A stretch of 63,865 nt of DNA, filler included, from Reclinomonas americana ATCC 50394 (GCA_048213135.1; 9 parts of 4 records of this genome joined end to end with filler, not necessarily neighbours in it); one strand, 5' to 3'. Shown: positions 29,347-40,494, counted from the first letter of the whole stretch. Notes: generated by a model from the letters alone, not told the origin. Program-made: numbers and translations.

Positions 29347-29394
29347 CCCGTTCTGATGAAGCAACACGGTGTGCGACCTCAGGGAAAGAGAACA

Positions 29395-29538
29395 GTTCTT
29401 CCGCGCGCGGAGGGCAGCGGCGCCGTCGGCTATTTTGGAGTAGAGAATGTGTGAGGGGCGTCTAGCTCAGTTGGTAGAGCGCTTGCTTAGCATGCATGAG
29501 GTCACCGGTTCAATTCCGGTGTCGTCCACTCCTTTTTT
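29395..29538 (+). repeat. Left arm of a 144-bp inverted repeat (partner 33754-33897)
   Basis: Reverse-complement match with one visible mismatch (tagagaatgt vs cagagaatgt). Covers about 60 bp of leader, the tRNA and the oligo-T terminator. Confidence 0.93.
29456..29528 (+). tRNA. tRNA-Ala(AGC)
   Basis: Cloverleaf with acceptor GGGCGTC/GTCGTCC-A carrying the G3:U70 Ala identity pair, A-box TAGCTCAGTTGG, anticodon AGC at 29489-29491, B-box GGTTCAATTCC and a downstream oligo-T Pol III terminator. Two U-U stem mismatches. Confidence 0.93.
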
Positions 29539-29784
29539 GTTTTTTGTTTTTTTCCTTCTCTCTTCTTCTTGCACACGCATGTGGGTTCGTTGGACTGGTG
29601 GTATGTATATATGAGCAGAACCTGTGAGTGGATGGATGATGGAAAGGCGATGAGCAATTTTCCGATTTTCGATTTCGATCGATCGCGGTATCGAAATGAG
29701 TTTTTGCTGTTTCTTGACGGGAGGCCCTCGGCATTATCACCCCAAGACAGAAGATCTAAGTCTTGACACGCTGAGGAGAATGAT

Positions 29785-30092
29785 GCCTCCACTGCATGCG
29801 TACGCTTTGCAATCGCTTGCTTCATAATCACGGATGCGGACCCGGCTTTGCTTTGTTTGCCTGGCTTATGGCCTTTCCCCAAATTCGATGTGCCGTGTAT
29901 GATCGCAGGATACGCTACGCGTCAATGCAAGTGCGTCAAATCCACTGGTCAACCACGCTTATGCGGTGAAGATCCTCGACTTGTTCGGAGTTCCGAGAGC
30001 GAACACAAGGAACCTGCTGCTGTCTCAAGATTGGTGTTTGTGTTGATGTTTTGAATACGGTTGAACTTGGTCATCAAGACAGGTGTTGCTTG
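29785..30092 (+). repeat. Dispersed repeat, copy 2 (rearranged)
   Basis: Same-strand similarity to ~20973-21220. The segment caagcaaca.ctgtcttgatgaccaagt (21104-21132) appears inverted at ~30064-30092. Confidence 0.8.
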
Positions 30093-30260
30093 TCGTGGCG
30101 GGGAAAGCTGCGGGCTGCAAAGCAAAACCAAACGTACATTTTGCATCACATTCATACATAAGATCATAAGAGAGAACGCAACAAGACACGAGACGAGAAC
30201 GTCTTGCCTCTCCATCCAACAACAACAACGCAAACACAAAACATCCACCTCCACCACCAC

Positions 30261-33094
30261 TTACTCTTCCTCTCCCTGCCCCTCTCCCTCCCCTCCCCCC
30301 ATGCTCCTCGGCAGCTTGACGCCCGTCATATTCGCACCCGTAAAATCCGCCTCCTTCGCAAACGCCAGGCTGATATTCACCCCTCGTAGATCCGCCCCGC
30401 GCCACACCGTCCTGTGCATCACCGCATCCCTCATATCCGCACCGCGCACTCGCACACCCGACAGATCGCGCCCACCGAATGACACCTGCGCCAGGCACAA
30501 CACCGTCGCCGCATTTGCTGCGGCCGTCACCACGCGCTCCTCGTCCACTGCCCGCGACATCTCAATCACCTCCCACAGCCTCGCCTGCAGTCGAGAGGAC
30601 CAGCGCACCACCTCGGCTAATTGCCGCAACAGTGACGGTCGGTCGTTGAGCAGTCGCACGGCCAGCACGTGCTGCTGCACGTCTTGCATCGTCAGCCGCC
30701 GCCCGTCGTCCCACACCTTCCACGCGTAGATGTAGCGCACCAGACAGTGCTCCAGCAACGACAGGTGCACGAAACCCCACTGGTCGGTGCCGAATCGGCG
30801 CACAATCGGGCAGCACACTCGCACATGCTGGTTCTTGGGGCCGAGGAACTTGTCGAACGGGCCCTCGACTCGTCGACTGGCAAGCGGCGCGCCGCCGAAA
30901 TCATCCTCTTCCGCGCCGCCGTCACCCGACTGACTGTCCCGCACAGACACACGCACCATATTTTGCTCGTGCATCAAGCGTGCCAATCCCTCGCAGAAGG
31001 AGAGGCACGTCTGCTCGTTCGGCACACGCTCGGCGCCAAGGCGCATCTGCCTCTCCTGCTCCCGCTCAATCCACAGTCGAATGAAGCGGTCGAATACGTC
31101 GTACTGCGTCACTCGATCACCTGCCACCAACTGCGGCAGCACACGGGCCACCACTGAGAGGAGGTACGGATTCGACACCAAGGCCTCCAATCCGCCAACG
31201 CCCTCGAGTGCGCGCATGTACTCTGCGGCTGTCGACCAGTGCGTCGCACCGTCACCATCACCGTCACCATCGCCGGCCACTTGCACCAGCCGTTCAAAGT
31301 ACTCCTCAATCTGCTCCTTGCTGAACGGTGCAATGTATCGCTCGACAAGCTGCTGCATGCACAACTGTCCGCGTGCATCCACCGGTGCAAAGTATTGTCG
31401 GTACTGCGTCGCGCCACCCAGCGCCGTCAGTGCGAAATCGCTGCGGCAAGTGATAATCATCTTCACGTCGCGGCAGCTGTCCAGCCGGTTCTTGACGAAC
31501 AGATTCACACCACGATGCAACTCGTCGTACCCGTCCAGCAGCAACAGGAGCGGCTGCTCCTTCAGCCGTCGCACATCATCATCGATGCATCCCATCTCGG
31601 GCGACAGTCGCTCCACTGCCTCCTCCAGCAGTCGCTCGTCGGCATTGTGCAGAGCGCCAAGAGGCACACGCAGAGGCACTCGTCGACTCTCCCTCGTCTG
31701 CCACTGTCGCCACGCTCGCTCGGCCACAATGGACATGGTGGTGGTCTTGCCGGTGCCACTGTTGCCAAACAGCACCAGTACGCGGTGAGTGCTGTTGGCG
31801 TCAGAGAGGAATGCATCGACTTCCGTCAATAGATCCACGGTTTCACCAGGATCGCGCTCTCGCGAGCACAGCAGTGGCACATACATCTGCATGTCCTTGC
31901 GTGCACTCTCGTCGTGCTCGTAGAACGAGAGCTCACGCACAGCCAGTCGATGCAGTCGCTCCTCGAATGTGTCCATGCCATGCTGGAAATCACGTGCCTC
32001 ACGAATGCGAGCGGCAAACTGCACGTACTCGTCGGCCGTCAAGCGCAGTCGAGCAAGGCTGGAGAGGAAGACGCCCTCGTCACCCAAGAAGCGCTCCACG
32101 TTGATGTCTGACAACTCGTTGTGGAACACCAGCTCGTTTCGAGCGTGTCGCAGATGCTCTATCGCCTTGCGCTCGTCTGCGTCGTCCAGCAGCAGCAGTT
32201 TGCGACCGTCATCCTCAACAAAGCCGCCGTACAGCAGGATCGACGCCATGGCCGTCACATCGAGACCGTCACACGGAGGGTCGGAGGAGGGGTCGGTGTC
32301 AAAGGCTGCGCGCCACGCAAGCACCTGCACATGCACCTCCTTGAACAGCTTGACTCGCGCGGGGTAATGTGGTGCATGCCGATCACGCCACGCCTTGACT
32401 GCCACCGCATCCATGTCGGCGGGCCCGAAGCTCGACACCCACGCCCGCACGTCAAAGGCGGGGTGATCGCGACTGAATTGCGCCAGTGCGCGCTGGCAGC
32501 GCAGACGCACGGCTTCGAGGACGACCTCGAAGACCATGAGGTGGCGGACGTAGTTCATCATCCTGCAGTGTGTGCACAAGCAGACTATTTCAGTACACGC
32601 GGTGGGGGCGGGGGGCGGGGGGGAAGGAAGTAGGGGAGGGAAACGAACTGAGCGGTTCGGTCCGTGGCACTGCATGCAAGGCAATGTTGGAGAGTCAGAA
32701 AATACTCTCTCCTCTCTCATCCAATGCACGCACCTTCCACTCGGCGCCGCTGCTGCTGCGCCACCAAGCGTCAGACGGACAACGAGATGAGTCGCCGAGT
32801 TGATGCCGAGTGCATGCAGCGGCACATCCGTGGCTCCCATGTCGAACGGCGCAGGCTTCTCCACTGCCACAATCTCCACCCCCTCATCTCCACTCTTCTC
32901 ACGCAGCAAGCGAGTGGCCTCGCGAAGCAGCTCGGCTAAAGTGGACGCGGCCGACAGGCCCTCCACCATCACCGACAGCGACGAATCATGCGCCGCACTC
33001 ACGTGCACAGAGAACTGTGGGGTGTGCGTGAAATATGAGCATGGAAAAAAGAAGGGGAGAGTGCGGGGTGAGGGGCGGAAGAACTCACCGACAT
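30261..33094 (-). CDS. NLR-like protein: ubiquitin-like N-terminus, HEPN-like domain, NACHT NTPase, pentapeptide repeats
   Basis: ATG at 33094 with intron 33088-33015, two further short introns, then a 2.3-kb exon 32562-30261. Walker A LFGNSGTGKTT, Walker B LLLLLDGYDE, IITCR, NPYLL. AAANAATVL precedes pentapeptides (RDLSG/ADMRD/ADLRG/ADFTG). HEPN-type motif LDVT..RNELVFH. Ubl-like segment ends LVVRLTLGG. Confidence 0.85.
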
Positions 33095-33413
33095 GGTGTG
33101 TGTGTGTGTGTTCTGAAGCAGTCTTCTCTCACGAACGAATGCAAGGGAAAAAGCAGTGTGTTGTCGGCCGGGTTTCGTGTGAGAAGCTGTCATCGCAGTG
33201 GCGGAATTCGATTGCTGTCGTCGGACAGGCGTGGCTTGCGCGTGGAGCAGACGACGCACGGGGCTGATGTCGGGAAGGAAATGCGCAGACGCATAGCAGC
33301 ACGACAAGTGGGGGACGATTTGGGGGACGCCTTCAAACTCGATCGCGACGCGACTGCAGTAAGTCGAACTCCGGCGACCATCTTTTTTCTTGTCGCGCCT
33401 GCGAGCGAAGAAC

Positions 33414-33707
33414 ATGTCTCACGGCAATGCTGGATATCGCATCAAGAACCTCCGAGGAACTTCTGGCTGTACGCATTATCGTGGCCTCGAGGCCTCATCA
33501 GTCAGCACGACAAAGTGCGCTGTCAACGGATGCAATCGCGATGCGACCCGGGCGTGCCACGTGATCGCAGCGAACCAGAGCGCTGCGTCCGGCCGTCGCA
33601 AGATCGTGTACATGTGCCCGAGTCACAATGGGCTCTACGAAATCCACAACATCCGAGCGAATGCTTTGACATACGAGCTGGATGACTGCGGCTGTGGTGA
33701 CGAGTAG
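33414..33707 (+). CDS. Small Cys/His-rich protein (97 aa), possible His-Me finger/HNH-like zinc-binding fold
   Basis: ORF MSHGNAGYRIKNLRGTSG...CAVNGCNRDATRACHV...IVYMCPSHN, with a Cx4C...HV...CxxHN pattern. Confidence 0.55.
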   Translation: MSHGNAGYRIKNLRGTSGCTHYRGLEASSVSTTKCAVNGCNRDATRACHVIAANQSAASGRRKIVYMCPSHNGLYEIHNIRANALTYELDDCGCGDE

Positions 33708-33753
33708 CGCTGCGTTCATCTCTGTCAGTGAAGAAAAAGAAAATAAAAAACCA

Positions 33754-33897
33754 AAAAAAGGAGTGGACGACACCGGAATTGAACCGGTGACCTCATGCAT
33801 GCTAAGCAAGCGCTCTACCAACTGAGCTAGACGCCCCTCACACATTCTCTGCTCCAAAATAGCCGACGGCGCCGCTGCCCTCCGCGCGCGGAAGAAC
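33754..33897 (-). repeat. Right arm of the 144-bp inverted repeat
   Basis: Reverse complement of 29395-29538. Confidence 0.93.
33764..33836 (-). tRNA. tRNA-Ala(AGC), identical second copy in inverted orientation
   Basis: Exact reverse complement of 29456-29528, followed by an oligo-T terminator on the minus strand. Confidence 0.93.
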
Positions 33898-34318
33898 AGT
33901 GCTGCTCCTTGCGAGGCCTCCAGCGCCAAGAGCAGCACGTCCAGCGAGGCAGAAAGGTCTCTTGCAGAGTGTCATGATCAGTTGCATCAGATACTAACTG
34001 GTATTCTCTGCATTCTTGCGTTCATTGGTCAGTGCGTTTGCAGTTCGCGTGCACGTAAGNNNNNNNNNNNNNNNNNNNNNNNNNNNNNNNNNNNNNNNNN
34101 NNNTTAATTAATTAANNNNNNNNNNNNNNNNNNNNNNNNNNNNNNNNNNNNNNNNNNNNAGGAGTCGGGAGAGGGCATTGGTGGTGTGGAGCAGGATTCA
34201 TTCACCACACCGACCTCCAAGGGCGGCAATCGCGGCAAGCCTGGGGTTCGTCTTGATGTTGTGCATTGTGGCGTTCTGCTGTTCCTTGCATTCATCACAA
34301 TGATTCATCCGTACGCAG

Positions 34319-37300
34319 CCCACCAGCGCTGTCGCCAAGGCCGAGCAGCGCAGGCAGACGCGTGAGATGTTCAAGGCCAAGTACGAGGCCCTGGAGGCAC
34401 GTCGACCAGGCGAAGAGTTGAGTCCTCTCTTTGTTTGTCAACCAGTGTGTGTGGGCGGCAGTGAGCTTATACAGTGGTGGCGCTGCGCAGCTACGAGGAT
34501 CCGCGCGATGCCACAGCCATTGCCTACGCAGAGCGTAACAAGGGCGATTTCAAGCTGAAGGAGGATCCGGCGTATGTGGTGCCCGAGCATCTGCGTGTGA
34601 ACGCCGAGAAGAAGCTGCGACAGATGATTCTGTTGGAGGAGAGCATTTACACACTCAAGATGGTACGCTGTGCCTGCCGCATGTGTGTACGTGTGCATGT
34701 TGCTCATGTAGAAATTCGTGCAGGATTTCAATGAGCGCTTCCTGGCGTTGCGTGATCTGAAGGAGCGCATGATCCGACACATCCAAGACGACATGAAGGA
34801 GATTCAGCGCATCAACGAAGAACTCGGTTTGCCGTCGGATGCTCCGCTGCTGGAGACCACCGAGTCACACGATGATGAGTATCCCGAGCGCCGCACCGAC
34901 TACACGCGCGACGACCTCGTGAAATTCGAGAAGCGCCGTGCTCGTGAGCAGAAGGCTGCGGCCCGTGCTGCACGCTCGGGCGGTGGTCTTGGCCTTGGCG
35001 GTGGCGGCGGACACGAGAGTGACGAAGAGGACGACCACGAAGAGGAGCAGGATCAGGCCGGCAAGTCGGGCGCGGCGGCCGCGGGTGCCGCTGGCACTGC
35101 AGGCGCCGGTGCTCCGTCCGTCACTGGCACAGGGCCAGTGGCCTCGATGGCGGGTTCGGCGGCTCAGACGGGCGGCACGGGCCAGCCACCACCACTGCTC
35201 AAGACACTTGGCGATGCCGGATCGATGCTGGGCTCGTCTGCCAGTTTCACACTCAATCGCTGTGCGTTACCACACCACTCTGCATGATTCGGCCATCTCG
35301 CGTGTGACTCACACGTGTTCTCTTTGTGTTCTGCAGCGGGTACGCAGCGCAGCTTGCGATCCAACAAAAAGGCCACCACCAAGAAGGAGATCACGAGGCT
35401 GCATAACCTCGAAGCCCTTCGTCGAGAGCGATTGACGCGTGTGGAGACTTCAGAGCTGGAGAAGGTCGAGCGCACCGTGTACGTCTCCACGTTGATCAAC
35501 AAGAAGGAGCGCCTGATTAGCGTTGCGTCTCATGCTTTCTTGTTCACTTGAACGCTGAGTGCAACTGCGCTCACTTCGGCTGTGTTCGAATAACAGAAAA
35601 CCAAACGCACCATCACCACGTTTGACACGGCGCTCGAGGAGCTGTACGTGGAGAAGCTGAAGTTGGAGGCTGGTACGTAAGCCACCAGTCGAACAAGATA
35701 CACACACTCTCACCCACGAGCAGGCACTGACTTGAGAGTTTCTTTTTTTGGCAGATCTCAAGACCACTGACCTCAAGATCCTTCTCTTGTACCGCGAGCT
35801 GGTGCTGCTGAAGGATTTGGAGAAGAATGACCGCGAGTTGGCCATGTTGTTCGAGAAGCAACGACAGGAGAAGCTCAACCTGAGCCTCAAGGTGTGTGCT
35901 GCTGCCAAAACGATTACAACAGTTCTTCAGTTCTCAAACCTCTCTCCAGATGGCCGACTGCGACGACCGCCTCATGGACAAGAAGCGTGAGCTGGAGGAC
36001 ATTTTGTCACGCGAAAAGTCGATCATCTCGGAGATGACTCGGTTGACGGAGAAGGATGCGGAGAGCGAAGGCAGCTTGTCACTGTGGAAGATCTTCCGCA
36101 AGAAGGTGAAGCGCGTGAAGAAGACCGAGGGTGGCGACGTGGACGAAGAGGAGGACGACGACGACTTTGACTTTGACAACTTTGACGACTTTGAGGACGA
36201 GGACGAGGAGGAAGAGGAGCACTGCCCGGATGGTGTGTCGGAGGAGACGTACCAGCGTGTGCTGCAGCTACGCGAGCAGAAGCTCGATGAGGAGGAGCGA
36301 CTGGCCGAGTTCTACACGTCGATGCAGGGTCTCAAGCGTGAGCACGATGACTATGTCAAGAGAGACACGGCGGTCGACGCGGCTCTGCAGGAGACCGAGG
36401 CCAAGATCCAAAAGTTCCAGACTCAGAAGCAGAAGAAGCTCAACGAGCTCTTTATTACGGTGTGTGTGTGCTGCTGCTTTGTTTTTGCGTCTTGCCACTG
36501 CTGACACTCCTGCTTCCCACATAACAGGTGCCACTGAAGATCGATCAAGTGCAAAATCTGATGGAGGGCAAGTTCCCATCCAAGGACCTCAGCACATCGA
36601 TTGTGTTTACGCGCAATGCCCTGCAGGCACTGCACCAGAGAATACGAGACCTGGTCAAGGTACACCACACACGCTTTGCAATGCTTCTCCATCATCGCTT
36701 CGCTCTCGTACTCACCTGCCTCTCTCTAACAGGAAAAAGTCGAGTTGATGCGTCTGCAGAAGCGGTTGGTTCGCGAGTACCGAGCCAACCTCAAGGTGCA
36801 GGAGGAGAAGCAGCGTGAAGTCGAAGCGTTGCGTCTCTTTTGTCATGTGTTTGTGTACTCCTGCTCCAATAGTCTGACTGACCGTCACCACAGAATCGAA
36901 GCCAAGGTGGTGGAGGTGCAGCTGATGCGCTTTGGCCAAACTGTGAATCTCGAGGACCTCGACAAGGCCGAGTTGGACAGTGCGTCGGAGGATCTGCGTG
37001 CAGAGATTTCTGAGCTTGAAAAGGCGCAGCAACGGCAGCTGCAAAAGTGGGAGGTGAGTTCCCCCCNNNNNNNNNNNNNNNNNNNNNNNNNNNNNNNNNN
37101 NNNNNNNNNNTTAATTAATTAANNNNNNNNNNNNNNNNNNNNNNNNNNNNNNNNNNNNNNNNNNNNACTGGAGAAGGACTTGCAGACGAGCGAAGTCTCA
37201 GTGGTTCGTGATTCTTCTCCTCTCCGTGAGCGAGTGACGCAAAAGAGAACTGACCCGTCGCTCCGCGCAGATGAAGAAGCTGTTTGGCGATCGCGAGCCT

Positions 37301-37497
37301 CACCGCGACGAGCGCGACGCAGTCAAGAACGAAGTCGTGGGCCGTGCGCAGCTCATGGAGCAACTACGCGGCGAAATCGAGATGCTTCGGCGGAAATGTT
37401 GCGTCTCCGTCACACCCTATCCTGTCGTGGTGTCTGTACTCACCAGTACCACCACAAAACAGCCGGTCAAATCTACACACCAATGCCGGGCACGTGA
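34319..37497 (+). CDS. CFAP44: Cilia- and flagella-associated protein 44 (WDR52), C-terminal coiled-coil part
   Basis: RPGEDYEDPRD...GDFKLKEDPAYVVPEHLRVNAEKK, FNERFLALRDLK, ADLKTTDLKILLLYREL, LWKIFRKKVKR, FQTQKQKKLNEL..VPLK, QLMRFGQTVNLEDL and terminal LRRKSGQIY. The 5' WD40 part lies in or before the gap. Confidence 0.88.
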
Positions 37498-37615
37498 GCC
37501 TGCTTGCCCGCGTGCTCTCGCTTTTCTTTCATAGCTTTTTTCCGCCCGCGCGAATGACAACTGTGTAAAACTCACGCGCGCGCTGTGCTTGTGTACACTC
37601 CCTCGTATCGCCCAG

Positions 37616-38162
37616 TTACTTGCTCTTGTCGACAGCAGCAGCAGCAGCTCCAGAGGCCTTGGCATGGCACGCCACCGATCCCATGTTCCAGGCGACAAAC
37701 AGCATTGGAACATACCGCAGACCAATGTCAAGCACTGCAGCAATAGGATTGCGTGAGACATGGATGACACGCTGCCAGTAGCATGTGCATGCGTAACTGT
37801 AGTCAACGACTGTGGCATGATGCGAGAGGAACGGCACGAGGATGAGAAGATCGAGGCCCCAATTCACCGTCAACATGACGACGCCCACCAAGAATCCCCT
37901 GCGCGCGCTGACCAGTCGCATAATGCGCGCCACAGCCCATGCCCCGACCGACCCACCAATCTGCTCTCACACACGCACAAGTGAGAGACATGAAGCGCGC
38001 ACACACAGCGAAAGAGAGAGAGACCATGATCATGCATGTTTTGAATGTGCGTTCCTCCACCGCCAGCTTGCCTTCCGGTGTGAAGAAGGCAAAGGCGGCC
38101 AAGAAGGGCACCAGCCAAGAGACAAACGACCACCACAACACGCTGAGAAGCACTCGCGCCAT
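37616..38162 (-). CDS. Small four-TM membrane protein of unknown function
   Basis: MARVLLSVLWWSFVSWLVPFLAAFAFFTPEGKL..FKTCMIM|IGGSVG..VNWGLDLLILVP|..IGLRYVPMLFVAW. Hydrophobic helices, two introns. Confidence 0.65.
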
Positions 38163-38215
38163 CACACACAAGAACGACGAAAGACTGTCCCGTGATCGTC
38201 CTCTCTCGTGATTGC

Positions 38216-40273
38216 ATGTCGAGCAAGAAGCACTACCACCACCGTGGAGGTGGGCGAGGTGGAGGACGAGGAGGAGGACGCGGTGGAGGTGGCCGTGGAG
38301 GTGGAGGAGGAGGAGGAGGAGGAGGAGGAGGAGGAGGACCTGTTGCCATGTGTCGCAACATTCAGGAGACTGGGCAGTGCTCGTACGGCCCACGATGCAA
38401 GTTGCGCTCCCTCTGTGTATGTGCGGGTGCGTGTGTGAGAGAGAGTGAGACTGACTGTGTGCGCGCAGGTTCTTGCATCCGTATGAGGAGACGGAAGGAT
38501 CGCGAATGGGTGAGTTGGCGTGAGGAGCAAGTTGTGAGTTGCTGCGCAGCTACTCAGTGCTCTCTGTGTGTGGCAGCTGCGCAACAAGGCGGTGGTGGAC
38601 GCGGTGGTGGGCGTGGTGGTGGTGGTGGCGGTGGCGGCGGCAACTGGAGCACGCTGGTGAGTGAGTGTGATCCACTGGCGCGCGCGCTTTTTCTTACATA
38701 CTCTCATTGAGGAGCGCAGCCGAGTACAGGAGCTGGTGAGTAAGTGTGTGCGGTGCGATGGGGAATGCACTGTTGCTGATGCAGCAGCGGTGGCGTGCAG
38801 GGCTGAAGACGGCGTGGAACACCAGCAGCATGTCGACTGGAGGAGGCAGCGGCGGTCGATGGGATCAAGGACCGGCGTCGAACAGCTGGGGTGGTGGGGG
38901 TGGTGGTGGTGGTGGCTGGAATAGTGGCGCAGGTCGAGGCAGTGGAGGAGGAGGTGGCTGGGGTGGTGGTGGTGGTCGTGGGAATACGGGCGGCGGAGGA
39001 GGAGGCGGATGGAACAGTGGTGCAGGTCGAGGCACTGGTAGCGGTTGGAATGCAGGAAGAGGCAGCAACACTGGAGGCGGTGGCGGTGGCTGGGGTGGTG
39101 GTGGTCGTGGTACTGGCGGAGGCGGCGGATGGAATTCGGGAAAGACCACTGGTGGTGGTGGTGTTGGAGGCGGTGGTTGGGGTGCTGGGCGTGGAGGTGG
39201 GGGAGGTGGTGGTTGGGGCACGCAAAGCACGGGCGGTGGCGCATCGAGCACCGGCAGTGGCTGGGGACGTGGGTCAAGTACGGGAGGTGGCTGGGGCACC
39301 TCCTCTACCACCAACACGGGCGGCGGTGGGTGGGGCAGTCCGAGCACTGGCAGTGGATGGAACAAGGGTGCGGTTGCGAAAAAAATACTGCACTCGCTGC
39401 GACCTCCTCCTCTCACTCACCAAGCCGTTGTGATGCAGGTGGCGCCGGTGCTGCTGGGAGTCCACCGGGCATGGGTGGCGGTGACGGCGGAGCAGATAGC
39501 TCCAATCCGGCGGCCAAGGCGCTGAAGGAGATGAAGTTGCTGAAGACGAGCTTGGAGGAGGAGACGCTGATGTGGAAGCTGTCGTCGTGTGGTCCGGCGA
39601 ACGGGGCCGCACTCATTGTGAACGACGTTAGTCCGGAGGAGCTGCGCTACGAGTTGTACAAGAATTTTGTGTCGGATCCGACGGCATATGTTGCGTGTGG
39701 TGGCATTTAGCTGGGGATGCGCACCATGTTACCGTTCTCCTCTTTGTTGCTCATGCGTGTGTGCGTACATTGTGTGCAGGTGCGTATGGAGAGTCAGCTC
39801 ATCCAGGATCAACAGAAGCAGTACGAGGAGTTGTTGCACTATGTGCGGCAGCAGGTGGTGGAGATGGAGCAGGAAGTGGCTCAGGGTGGCGGTGGTGGTG
39901 GTGGCGCGTCTTCTTCTGCAGCTGCCTCCTCTGGCGGTGAGTTGCTGATCTTGCATCGCGCTCGCGCCACCGCTGACATTGTGTAGTTGCAGGCATGGCA
40001 TCGTCTGGAATGGCAGCATCTGGGTCCGGTATAACAGCGCCCTCCTTTACGAAACCCCTCGGCAGCGTGTCGTCCCTCCCGAAAAGCACACTGCCAGCGC
40101 TGGCCGGCACCACCATCGGCGGTCGACCGGCTCCTGCCGCCACGCAAGCCGCGACCGCCGCTCCCGGTGCGGCAGGTGGCATTCCCGCCTGGGCAGAAGC
40201 AGAATTCGCCGCCGCCACATTCACTGTCGGCAAGATCCCACTGAACGAGCCCCCACCGCACTTGCGGTTTTGA
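38216..40273 (+). CDS. NUP42: Nucleoporin NUP42/NUPL2 (CG1) homologue with RGG box, CCCH zinc finger and GW repeats
   Basis: CRNIQETGQCSYGPRCK|FLHP (CCCH), WKLSSCGP...DVSPEELRYELY, and the C-terminal Gle1-binding-type motif EFAAATFTVGKIPLNEPPP. Confidence 0.8.
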
Positions 40274-40494
40274 GAAAAATGTAAAGTGTTATTGGCGCGA
40301 AAAAAGCTGTCTCCCGCCAAAAAATCTCATTATCGCGCACATGCGGGGGGGAACTTTGCTCTCAGTGGCACTGCCACTGCTGTTGCTGTTGTTNNNNNNN
40401 NNNNNNNNNNNNNNNNNNNNNNNNNNNNNNNNNNNNNTTAATTAATTAANNNNNNNNNNNNNNNNNNNNNNNNNNNNNNNNNNNNNNNNNNNNG

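Noticed and set aside
29395..33897. Reading the inverted arms as TIRs of an autonomous DNA transposon
   Set aside because: No transposase ORF and no target-site duplication, and the arms are tRNA genes. Kept only as a cassette hypothesis.
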